Source: a candidate division CSSED10-310 bacterium (lineage in GTDB: Bacteria; CSSED10-310). From it: a DNA stretch of 64,000 bases. The stretch is taken from assembly GCA_016931515.1 (NCBI GenBank), contig JAFGEQ010000024.1, forward strand, positions 31,711 to 95,710, written 5' to 3'. The notes beneath the pieces were generated by a model. It had not been told where the DNA came from and made no database searches. It worked only from the letters and a program-made list of their open reading frames with translations. Positions 1 through 8,261 of the stretch are shown here, one piece after another. The position numbers were made by a program, and so were the translations under genes. How positions within the stretch are numbered: position 1 is the stretch's first letter; the number at the start of each line of letters is the position of its first letter.

Positions 1-5
1 TAACC

Positions 6-2810
6 ATGAATCGATGGCTCATTGCCGCAGCTTCCGGACTGGTAGCAGGGATTGTTGCCGTCCGGTTGTCCATTGTTTCGTCTGCAATGAGTCAACCCTG
101 CATTCCGGCTGCAATTCTACTGCTGCTGCTTTCCCTCATGCTCCTGGGTGCAAAGAAGTCGTCCTGGCCATTATCATTTCTGGCGTTTTTCTGCCTGGGA
201 ATTACGATTACAAGCCGTCATTTGGACACCTCAGCACCCTCCCATCTGGACACCATCGTTCAATCAATCGGCAGTGAACGAATCGTCAATGTCGAGGGCA
301 CAGTAGTACAACCACCGGACATGCGAGAACAGTACACAATTGTCGCTCTTAAAATCATCAAATTGACGGATTTCGGTGGTTCCCAGGTCAAAATAAGCCG
401 GGGACTCCTCTATGCTCGCATTTATCCGACAGCCGGTGACGTCAGCGCATCAGTCAGCTATGGAGATCTTATCTCACTTCGATCCATCCATCTTATGGCG
501 CCTTCCGCACCTTTGAATCCGGGTCAGTTCGATATGAAAACATTCCTGAATAATCAGGGATTTTACGCAACAACCTCCGTTCGAGACTCCGATCAAATTC
601 AAATTCTGGCTTCAGGCTCCGGTAACCCCCTTATTCACGTGTCTGAAATGATTAAAAGAAGGATACTGATCACAATCAAACAGACTCTCCCTTTTCCCGA
701 AAGCTCTTTCCTCGGGGGTGTCCTGCTGGGTTTGCGTTCAGGTCTCAGTGCAGACATCAAGGATGTATTCCGAGCTGCCGGCGTATCCCATGTACTGGCC
801 GTCTCAGGACTCCATGTCACGATTATTACACTGTTTTTCATGGGTATGTTGAAGGTGTTCCGGCTCCCGCGAATGTCCTCCTTCATCATCATTATCTGCG
901 CTCTCGTATTATTCACATTAATAACTGGTGCGCGACCATCCACTGTCCGGGCTGCCATCATGAACGGAGTCACTCTTCTGTTCTTCTATTTCCGCGGCAT
1001 CAAGCTGGATCGCTCCTTGCTCATGGGAATTGCGATAGCTGCCCTGTACATCCTCATCAGAAATCCATTGCTGCTCACCGAAGCATCTTTTCTGTTCTCC
1101 TTCAGCGCCGTGCTGTCTCTGTCTTTATTGACACGTCCCATCCTGCACCTGTGCAATACCTTTCTGAGAGGTTTCTTCCGTATCTTCCTCTTCTTTGAAA
1201 TTCTAATCGCGCTCGGGACAATGGTTTCATATTCATTCCATGACATCCTTCACTCGCCCTACACGGTCGCGGCTATTCTTGCGCTGGTGGCAGGAACGCT
1301 GGCCGACCGGTTCCTGCCAACTCGTTTCGAGTTCCGGCGCTGGCCGGTTTGGCTGTCCACGTTTTTCGCAGCACAGCTCGCAATTCAGTGCGGAATGCTA
1401 CCCTTGACAGCGCTGTTTTTTAAGAAAATATCCGTCGCCGCGCCAATGGCGAATTTTATAGCCATTCCCTTGATTGGTGTGATTGTGCAGTTGGGATTGT
1501 TCGCGGGTATTCTTGGATTCATCCCTGTAGCCGGCCCTTGGCTCGCCCTCTGCCTGAATGCCTCCAATTGGCTGTTCATCAAGCTTTTCCTGGCCACAGC
1601 CACCTTCTTTGGAACACGGTTCCCCTACCCCGATGTTTCGCCACCAACACCGGTATTCCTGATCATATATTATTCAGCACTCCTGCTACTCGCGTTCCGG
1701 ACACCAATCCTTGCATCGTTTTCCCCACGCCTGCGTTACATTTTTTCCAATTGGTCCCGACCGGCTATCATTCTCCGACTGTCGGCAATGACAATTCCCG
1801 GCATCTACCTGATTGTCCATTCAATAGACTTCCTGAAACCGTCTTGCCCGCGCTGTGAGATCACATTTCTTGAACCTTCCGTTTCCTACATGGGAGGTGG
1901 CAATGCCGTTGTTGTGCAGACTCCCGATAATCGCGTTTTTTTAGTGGATGCCGGACCGCGCTATGTATTGAGGCAGAACGAGCCGATTGTTGCGGACATC
2001 GGTCGTCGCGTCGTTATACCTGCACTTCTGGCGCTCCATGCTCGTCACCTGGATGGGATTGTCATGACATCATGCGACGGCCAGAATATTGGTGGAATAT
2101 CATCTGTCATTGAAAACCCATGGATCCGCACCGAAGTTCTGTACCATGCACTCCCGTTCAACGCGCTCGACGAAGCAGATAACACTGATGATATCCTTAA
2201 ACTGCTCGGTGATCCCGAGCTTTTTCAAGGGAATTATCGGCGGCGCGCGGAGTTGACAGCGTGGGCATTACGGGATTCTTTCTCTGCAGCCAAAATCCAT
2301 GGAATACCAATTAAATCAATCATGGCGGGTGATATCTTATATGAAGTAGACATTCCCTACGAGGATCAGGTTCAGCCCTTCAAAATCCGCGTTCTCAATC
2401 CTCCAAAATCACGCTATACCGGTTCCTTCAGCAGCCGCTCCAACAGCGTGGTTTTAGCGATTGAATATGGACGCATTCGAATACACCTCACTTCGAACGC
2501 AGGCCGGAACGTTCTGGGCGATATCATCAGCCATGAGACATTGCCAGTGCATGTCGTGCAACTTCCTTCAAACGGAGCAGAATACGCTTTAAATGCGGAT
2601 TACCTGAAGGGAACGCTGGCAGCCGTCGCGGAACCGTTGCCCTCCCGCTGGGCTCAAAAGGATATCGCTCGAACGAGTGAATTGATCAGGAGCATGGGGA
2701 TCGACTTCTATTCAACCTCTTCCGGCGGAGCTGTCAGGGTATCCACCGATGGTAATGATCTGATGATCGGTCACATAAACGAACCGGGACGGAGACTTCT
2801 GGTACCATGA
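6..2810 (+). CDS. comEC: ComEC/Rec2-family DNA internalization channel protein (N-terminal OB-like region, polytopic competence domain, C-terminal MBL-like domain with degenerate metal motifs)
   Basis: 934-aa ORF with many TM helices. Competence-domain signature 'LLGLRSGLSADIKDVFRAAGVSHVLAVSGLHV'. C-terminal MBL-like region 'NRVFLVDAGP...GIVMTSCDGQNIGG' where HxHxDH is lost. ATG at 6 follows a TAA at 1-3. Confidence 0.85.
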   Translation: MNRWLIAAASGLVAGIVAVRLSIVSSAMSQPCIPAAILLLLLSLMLLGAKKSSWPLSFLAFFCLGITITSRHLDTSAPSHLDTIVQSIGSERIVNVEGTVVQPPDMREQYTIVALKIIKLTDFGGSQVKISRGLLYARIYPTAGDVSASVSYGDLISLRSIHLMAPSAPLNPGQFDMKTFLNNQGFYATTSVRDSDQIQILASGSGNPLIHVSEMIKRRILITIKQTLPFPESSFLGGVLLGLRSGLSADIKDVFRAAGVSHVLAVSGLHVTIITLFFMGMLKVFRLPRMSSFIIIICALVLFTLITGARPSTVRAAIMNGVTLLFFYFRGIKLDRSLLMGIAIAALYILIRNPLLLTEASFLFSFSAVLSLSLLTRPILHLCNTFLRGFFRIFLFFEILIALGTMVSYSFHDILHSPYTVAAILALVAGTLADRFLPTRFEFRRWPVWLSTFFAAQLAIQCGMLPLTALFFKKISVAAPMANFIAIPLIGVIVQLGLFAGILGFIPVAGPWLALCLNASNWLFIKLFLATATFFGTRFPYPDVSPPTPVFLIIYYSALLLLAFRTPILASFSPRLRYIFSNWSRPAIILRLSAMTIPGIYLIVHSIDFLKPSCPRCEITFLEPSVSYMGGGNAVVVQTPDNRVFLVDAGPRYVLRQNEPIVADIGRRVVIPALLALHARHLDGIVMTSCDGQNIGGISSVIENPWIRTEVLYHALPFNALDEADNTDDILKLLGDPELFQGNYRRRAELTAWALRDSFSAAKIHGIPIKSIMAGDILYEVDIPYEDQVQPFKIRVLNPPKSRYTGSFSSRSNSVVLAIEYGRIRIHLTSNAGRNVLGDIISHETLPVHVVQLPSNGAEYALNADYLKGTLAAVAEPLPSRWAQKDIARTSELIRSMGIDFYSTSSGGAVRVSTDGNDLMIGHINEPGRRLLVP

Positions 2811-3532
2811 GGTTTACGCGTCTTCAACTGCTTCTGCTCGGGCTGACTGTTTTGGTCCTGGCGTCGGGAATTCTGTACCGGTTAAAACACCAGCAACCCG
2901 CGAGCCCTTTAGTGGAGACTTCTGAAAAGATGATCGAGGAGGTGTCCGCGGGATACACATATGCTCCCATCGCGAAAAAAGAAACGATCCTGGATCTCGA
3001 GAAAGGTAATACAACGCTTTTCAACAGCAGCGGTCACATCAAAGTCAATCTGAACAGCAGCAGTATCGATGAATTGTGCCGGTTACCCGGAATCGGTCGA
3101 TCAACGGCATTGCGAATCCTTGAATACAGGCTGGAGAATGGACCATTGCTTCGTGTTGATGAGATCGATAACGTGAAGGGTATAGGAGCAAAAACGATCG
3201 AGAAGTTTGGTGATCAGGCATATGCGGGTGATCCGGACCCACTGGATCATGCCATGCTGGATAAGCTGGTATCGGAAGGCAAGGAGAAGAAAAAGGAAGA
3301 GAAAATCAGTACAATAGAATATGGACCCTGCGGTCCTGGCCGAATCAACATCAATACGGCAACAGCGGAAGAACTGATCTCACTGCCACGAATCGGAGCC
3401 AAGACCGCCGAAAGAATTCTTGCGGATCGTGCAGCCAATGGACCATTCAAGGATGTGAACGATTTAACCCGGGTTAAAGGGATCGGCCCGAAAACCCTGG
3501 AAAAAATGAAGGATCGGATCTGTGCGGAATAA
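2807..3532 (+). CDS. comEA: ComEA-like DNA receptor with one N-terminal TM helix and two tandem helix-hairpin-helix modules
   Basis: ATGA overlap with comEC stop. TM 'LQLLLLGLTVLVLASGILY'. Two HhH units, 'INLNSSSIDELCRLPGIGRSTALRILEYRLENGPLLRVDEIDNVKGIGAKTIEKF' and 'ININTATAEELISLPRIGAKTAERILADRAANGPFKDVNDLTRVKGIGPKTLEKM', joined by a Lys/Glu-rich linker. Confidence 0.75.
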   Translation: MRFTRLQLLLLGLTVLVLASGILYRLKHQQPASPLVETSEKMIEEVSAGYTYAPIAKKETILDLEKGNTTLFNSSGHIKVNLNSSSIDELCRLPGIGRSTALRILEYRLENGPLLRVDEIDNVKGIGAKTIEKFGDQAYAGDPDPLDHAMLDKLVSEGKEKKKEEKISTIEYGPCGPGRININTATAEELISLPRIGAKTAERILADRAANGPFKDVNDLTRVKGIGPKTLEKMKDRICAE

Positions 3533-4556
3533 TCATACCGACATCCGGAATAATGTAACGATCGTCCCGGTTCGACACGGGTTGTTCTCAAGAGAATGGC
3601 TCGTTGTTCTGCTGGTTGCATTGACTGCAATTGCGACATGGACAATTGTATGGAAAGTTCCATCACAACGGACCGAAAAACAGCAAGCCGTTTACAAGGT
3701 TGAAAAACGAGTCAAGGAACTTGAGATCGTATTTTTAGATGTCGGTCAAGGTGATTCGATCTTCATTCGAACACCAAACGGCCGAACCGTATTGGTTGAT
3801 GCCGGTTCCGCCAAGAATCAATATGCCGCGTTCGATGCAGGAGAACATGCCATATTGCCTTTCCTGAGAACTCGCGGAATCAACCGGATAGACACATTAG
3901 TCATGACTCATCCTCATGCGGACCATTTCGGCGGCATGCAGTCACTGCTTGATTCAATCGAGTTCGGAGAATATCTGGATCCGGGAATGGACCATCCCGT
4001 ACCCTCCTATTTCACACTCCTGGAAACCATCCAGAAAAAAGGTATCCTGTACCGGGAAGTCAAAGCCCCTCAAATCCTGGACTGGGATCCCGAGATGTTC
4101 ATACAGGTGTTATGGCCTGAGAAGGGTTTCAGGACGGAGAATCCAAATGATATCTCGATCGTACTCCGGATTGTATACGGAGACATTGTGTATCTGCTGG
4201 CCGGCGATGTCGAAGCGGATGTGGAGAGTGTACTGAATCTCTATGGTAATCAGATGCGAACAACCGTTTTGAAAGTACCGCATCACGGCAGTAACACATC
4301 ATCATCCTTGAACTTCCTTGAAAACATCGTTCCACGGCTCGCAGTTATCAGTGTTGGATACAACAACCGCTTCGATCACCCGAAGGCGGAGATTCTGACC
4401 CGCTATGAGAAAATGAACATTCCTGTTCTCAGAACAGATCGTGTTGGTACAATCCGCACCATGACAGATGGGAAAGTTGTTCGAGTTTTCCCGGAACTTG
4501 GCGGACCTTTTGAAATCTTTCCCTTTCCTTCAGAACCTCCAATGGAGTCATCATGA
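3522..4556 (+). CDS. Membrane-anchored metallo-beta-lactamase-fold hydrolase resembling the ComEC C-terminal nuclease domain, with intact metal motifs
   Basis: GTG start overlaps the comEA stop by 11 nt. TM 'LVVLLVALTAIATWTIVW'. Motifs 'VFLDVGQGDSIFIRTPNGRTVLVDAG', 'MTHPHADHFGG' (HxHxDH) and 'LKVPHHGS'. Confidence 0.8.
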   Translation: MRNNHTDIRNNVTIVPVRHGLFSREWLVVLLVALTAIATWTIVWKVPSQRTEKQQAVYKVEKRVKELEIVFLDVGQGDSIFIRTPNGRTVLVDAGSAKNQYAAFDAGEHAILPFLRTRGINRIDTLVMTHPHADHFGGMQSLLDSIEFGEYLDPGMDHPVPSYFTLLETIQKKGILYREVKAPQILDWDPEMFIQVLWPEKGFRTENPNDISIVLRIVYGDIVYLLAGDVEADVESVLNLYGNQMRTTVLKVPHHGSNTSSSLNFLENIVPRLAVISVGYNNRFDHPKAEILTRYEKMNIPVLRTDRVGTIRTMTDGKVVRVFPELGGPFEIFPFPSEPPMESS

Positions 4557-6208
4557 TTTTCGAGTCACTTTTCGGAACCCGAGATAAACCTCTTGAACCC
4601 TGCAAAACAAGCCCCGGCAAGCTCCGTGCCTACCAGCAATGTCCCTATAAATACAAGCTGATCCATGTCGACGGGTGCAAAATTGATTCAGCCCCTTCAC
4701 CGCATCTGGCATTCGACGCGATTCTCAACAGTATGGTTGAGTCATTCCAGCGGAAAAGCTTGTCCGGCCACCTCGAACCATCGAATGAGATCCTCATGAG
4801 TGAGTTGGAGAAGGCATGGAAACCGGATCATTTTACCGAGCCGGATGAATTGAGAGAGTTTTATGATGCTGCTCGAAGCGCTGCCTTGAACATGGCCCGC
4901 TGGTTTGCAGAATCAACCGGCCGGATCCTCCCCTGTCAAAATAAGCCGGCTATAGGTATCTTCGCAGCCTGGTATCCCAAACCCCTGACTATTTGGACCC
5001 GGCTTGATCGCGTGGAGCGGTTACCGGACGGTTCGATTCGCTTGATCGACTTTAAAAGCGGTGGCCGGGAGATAACGGCAGCTGAGATGCGTATGGACCT
5101 GGGAATTCGAATTCAGGCGATGGCTGGAAAAGAGATGTTCGGAAATGACCTGTCACGATTCGCCCTGGTCTATATGAGAACGGGCAACACTATCGAAGTA
5201 TCATGTGATGATCTGGACCTTGACCTGATTCAGGCCGATGTGAAGACCATTGTCAGCAATATTCAGGCGAACCGATTTGATCCAAATCTCGGTCCATTAT
5301 GCAGCGTCTGTGATTTTCAACCCGACTGCCGAGGATGGCGCAAAAAGCTACCCTGGGAAACAGCGGGAGAAACACGGGATATTTACTGCCAGAGATTAAG
5401 GCTTTCTTATTCCAAAATGAGCCTGTTTGAACGTTGTCCGCGTGCCTATCATGCATTGTATCATCAACGAATTGCCCCGAAACCGCAACCTTTCTTCAGC
5501 TTCGGTTCCTGTATACATGCAGTCATGGAGATATTTTACGACCCGGCATCCCGGGAGCGACCGAATCTCGACCGGATGCTGAATTTACTGGATGAGAAAT
5601 GGCGTTTTTTCCGTGCCGGGTATCGTTCCGATGACGAAGAAGCACGGTATTTTGACCAGGCGAGGAATATGCTAACAACATATTTCAATCATTTTATCCT
5701 TAAACAACCATTCCGGCCGGCATCGTTTATAGAGAAATATTTTGAAATCCCTGTTGGAGATGCAGCTGTCATGACCGGATTCATTGACCGGATCGACATG
5801 GTTCCGAAACAAGGAGCCATCGTACTGGACTATAAAACCGAGCCAACGGACCGAACACAGGAAGCGGTGGACAAAGATCTCCAGCTTACGCTTTACTATT
5901 GGGCGACCCGGGAATTTCTCGACCTGGATGTCCGACAACTCGGTCTCTATATGATGAGTCACGACAAACTCGTCATGACGACCAGAACACCGGAAGATAT
6001 CCCCGGACTCCTCGATCGTATCAACGATGTAACAACCAGAATCCTGAATGAAACAGAATTTCCACCAAAAATAAATAAGTATTGCTTAAGCTGTGATCAC
6101 CTTTCAGAATGTCCTCTAAAAATATCTATCCAGGCTGACCAATCACTCCGTTCCATGGAATTCAACGACGAGGATTCCATAGTGGAATACCCGGGGGATG
6201 ATGGATAG
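4553..6208 (+). CDS. Tandem PD-(D/E)XK (Cas4/AddB-like) nuclease with two four-cysteine clusters
   Basis: ATGA overlap with the upstream stop. Half 1: 'YQQCPYKY', 'IRLIDFKSG', 'CSVCDFQPDC'. Half 2: 'FERCPRAY', 'IVLDYKTE', 'CLSCDHLSEC'. No TM helix. Confidence 0.7.
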   Translation: MIFESLFGTRDKPLEPCKTSPGKLRAYQQCPYKYKLIHVDGCKIDSAPSPHLAFDAILNSMVESFQRKSLSGHLEPSNEILMSELEKAWKPDHFTEPDELREFYDAARSAALNMARWFAESTGRILPCQNKPAIGIFAAWYPKPLTIWTRLDRVERLPDGSIRLIDFKSGGREITAAEMRMDLGIRIQAMAGKEMFGNDLSRFALVYMRTGNTIEVSCDDLDLDLIQADVKTIVSNIQANRFDPNLGPLCSVCDFQPDCRGWRKKLPWETAGETRDIYCQRLRLSYSKMSLFERCPRAYHALYHQRIAPKPQPFFSFGSCIHAVMEIFYDPASRERPNLDRMLNLLDEKWRFFRAGYRSDDEEARYFDQARNMLTTYFNHFILKQPFRPASFIEKYFEIPVGDAAVMTGFIDRIDMVPKQGAIVLDYKTEPTDRTQEAVDKDLQLTLYYWATREFLDLDVRQLGLYMMSHDKLVMTTRTPEDIPGLLDRINDVTTRILNETEFPPKINKYCLSCDHLSECPLKISIQADQSLRSMEFNDEDSIVEYPGDDG

Positions 6209-7474
6209 ATGGGAGTAGGAATTTCACTAACTTCAGGAGCATTCATCCTTTTTTTGTTACTGATGTTTGAACTCTATCTTCATGCCGGCCGGCAGATAGT
6301 TCGGTCATCACGAAAAACCGTCGATCATGAACCACATCGATCCATGCATGAGAACACCGAAGCAGAGATAGAGGATTTGACTGCGATCCCGGAGGATTCC
6401 AGCCCGCAATTATCGCCGATGATGACGGATCGGTCAGGACGGCTGGTCAGAAAATGGATTATCACGCATACGGATTTCGATGGCTTTACGTCCGGCGCTC
6501 TCCTGCTGCGCCTTCTTGAACCCAGAGCCGCCATTCATTTCAGCAGCCCCGCACAACTGTTGAAAACGATTAATGATGTGACGTCCGGATCAATCGAAGG
6601 TGATTCCGTTCATATTGCCGACCTGGCTTTGCAGCCCCACAAAGAGCATGAATTTGCGGATGTTCTTCACGATCTGAAAACGCGGGGTATCCTGGTCACC
6701 TGGATTGATCATCATGAATGGCCCCGGGGATTGATCGATCGCATCGACACTCTTTGCCATCGATTGATTGTGGATCCGGCTGAGCGAACTGCTGCCGCAA
6801 TAATTCGCCGATTCCTGCCGGACAACGACACATACGCCGACCGATTGATTCGTTTTGTCCAGAATCGCAGCAGCGCCTCGGAGCGGGACTGGGATAGAAG
6901 ATGGCGAATGGTCATGGCCGAGCTGTCGTATCGTCGTGATTCGGAACTCAGTGAAACCGTTTTAAGAATATGGGCGACAGATGAGCCGGGGGGAATTCTT
7001 CTCAGCCATCTGGCCCGGCAGGGTGAAAAACGGGAGAAAGCCACCCATATCATTGCCACACACCGGCATCGGTGTGAGATGACAGCCGGGCAACGCAATC
7101 TTCTGGTTATCGATGTTCGCAGTCGACGTCTGGAGCGGGATACCAGAGGACGGACTCTATATGTTATTGGAGGTGCCCAGCCATCTCTCATGGTTGGTAT
7201 GGAAGCCTGCAGGAATCAAAAGGGAGACCTCTGTTTGATCGTCTGGGATGATTTCAGATATTCCGTATATCGGGGACTGGATCCCGGGATTGAATTCACC
7301 GCCCTGTTTGGGCAGAGAGAACTCAACGGGGCGGTTTTCAGAGTTGGCGGGCATAAATATGCCGTATCCGTCCGAGTTATTCCCGGGCTGTTTTCGCGGA
7401 TCCAGGCCCTGTTCCGCTGGCGTCTGGGTCCGGAAACCGAATCTTTCATCCGGCTGCTAAAAGATTATTTTTAG
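6209..7474 (+). CDS. Membrane-anchored DHH/DHHA1-family phosphoesterase (NrnA/RecJ-like fold)
   Basis: ATG directly abuts the upstream TAG. N-terminal TM 'AFILFLLLMFELYL'. DHH-type motifs 'THTDFDGFTSGA' (DxD), 'WIDHHEW' (DHH) and 'VGGHKYA' (DHHA1 GGGH-like). Confidence 0.55.
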   Translation: MGVGISLTSGAFILFLLLMFELYLHAGRQIVRSSRKTVDHEPHRSMHENTEAEIEDLTAIPEDSSPQLSPMMTDRSGRLVRKWIITHTDFDGFTSGALLLRLLEPRAAIHFSSPAQLLKTINDVTSGSIEGDSVHIADLALQPHKEHEFADVLHDLKTRGILVTWIDHHEWPRGLIDRIDTLCHRLIVDPAERTAAAIIRRFLPDNDTYADRLIRFVQNRSSASERDWDRRWRMVMAELSYRRDSELSETVLRIWATDEPGGILLSHLARQGEKREKATHIIATHRHRCEMTAGQRNLLVIDVRSRRLERDTRGRTLYVIGGAQPSLMVGMEACRNQKGDLCLIVWDDFRYSVYRGLDPGIEFTALFGQRELNGAVFRVGGHKYAVSVRVIPGLFSRIQALFRWRLGPETESFIRLLKDYF

Positions 7475-7531
7475 AGTCAAAACTTTTGCGACTGCGGTTT
7501 TTTTAACTCAACAACACATCATCCAAGTCAT

Positions 7532-8077
7532 CTACTTGATGATTCGTAAAATTTTCCGGAAGTTCTCCCCTTCAGCATCACCAAGCAGTTCAAACAGGGC
7601 CATCTCTGTTCCGGTGCGGGATACTCCGAGATCAATCATTCTCTGGATACCCAGGTCCCGGTTGGCGCACGTTCGGGATGAGACGGCATCAGTCACGACA
7701 TAAACCAGGTAACCACCCGCTATAAGATCACGCGCAGTCTGATAAACACAGATATGGGTTTCGATACCTGTGAGCAGAATTTGTTTCCTGCCCAGTTCGT
7801 TTAATGAATGGTTAAACGATGGCTCACCGCAACAACTGAAACTGTTTTTTACGATGCGATCGGTTCCTGTGAGCAATTCGGCGACAGGCGGTGCAGTGGG
7901 ACCCAGACCCAGAGGGTTTTGCTCCATCCAGATAATCGGAATGTTCAGGACCTTCATACCCTGGACGAGCCTGCGTAAATTGTCGAAAAGAAGGTGTTTA
8001 TCATACATGATTTCAGCCAGTTTGCCTTGTACATCGATCACAATGAGCACTGCTTCGCTTGATTTCAATATTGTCAT
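7532..8077 (-). CDS. Isochorismatase-family cysteine hydrolase
   Basis: 'AVLIVIDVQ' N-terminal Asp motif and 'GIETHICVYQTARDL' catalytic Cys motif. GGAGGAG SD upstream of the ATG. Confidence 0.8.
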   Translation of the reverse strand: MTILKSSEAVLIVIDVQGKLAEIMYDKHLLFDNLRRLVQGMKVLNIPIIWMEQNPLGLGPTAPPVAELLTGTDRIVKNSFSCCGEPSFNHSLNELGRKQILLTGIETHICVYQTARDLIAGGYLVYVVTDAVSSRTCANRDLGIQRMIDLGVSRTGTEMALFELLGDAEGENFRKILRIIK

Positions 8078-8206
8078 GATACGTCTCCTCCGACACTATT
8101 CGATAGTTACTGCCACTCAACCGGCACCGACTTATATTATCATGTTGGGATTTCCTGGAAAATCTTCGATTTACCTGTCCAGTGCAGCAATCGTCCAGGT
8201 AAAAAT

Positions 8207-8244
8207 CGGGTCCGGATGGGCTTCTCAGCCGGAATCCGGACCCG
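8207..8244 (-). terminator. Rho-independent terminator candidate downstream of the beta-helix gene
   Basis: Perfect 10-bp stem CGGGTCCGGA (8207-8216) / TCCGGACCCG (8235-8244). On the minus strand it is followed by ATTTTT (complement of 8201-8206). Confidence 0.5.
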
Positions 8245-8261
8245 AAGTACAGGAGGGGGTC

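Noticed and set aside
7475-7531. A possible bidirectional terminator between the DHH and isochorismatase genes (AAAAC...GTTTT followed by a T-run)
   Set aside because: The stem is only about 5 A-U-rich base pairs with a 13-nt loop, which is too weak to call.
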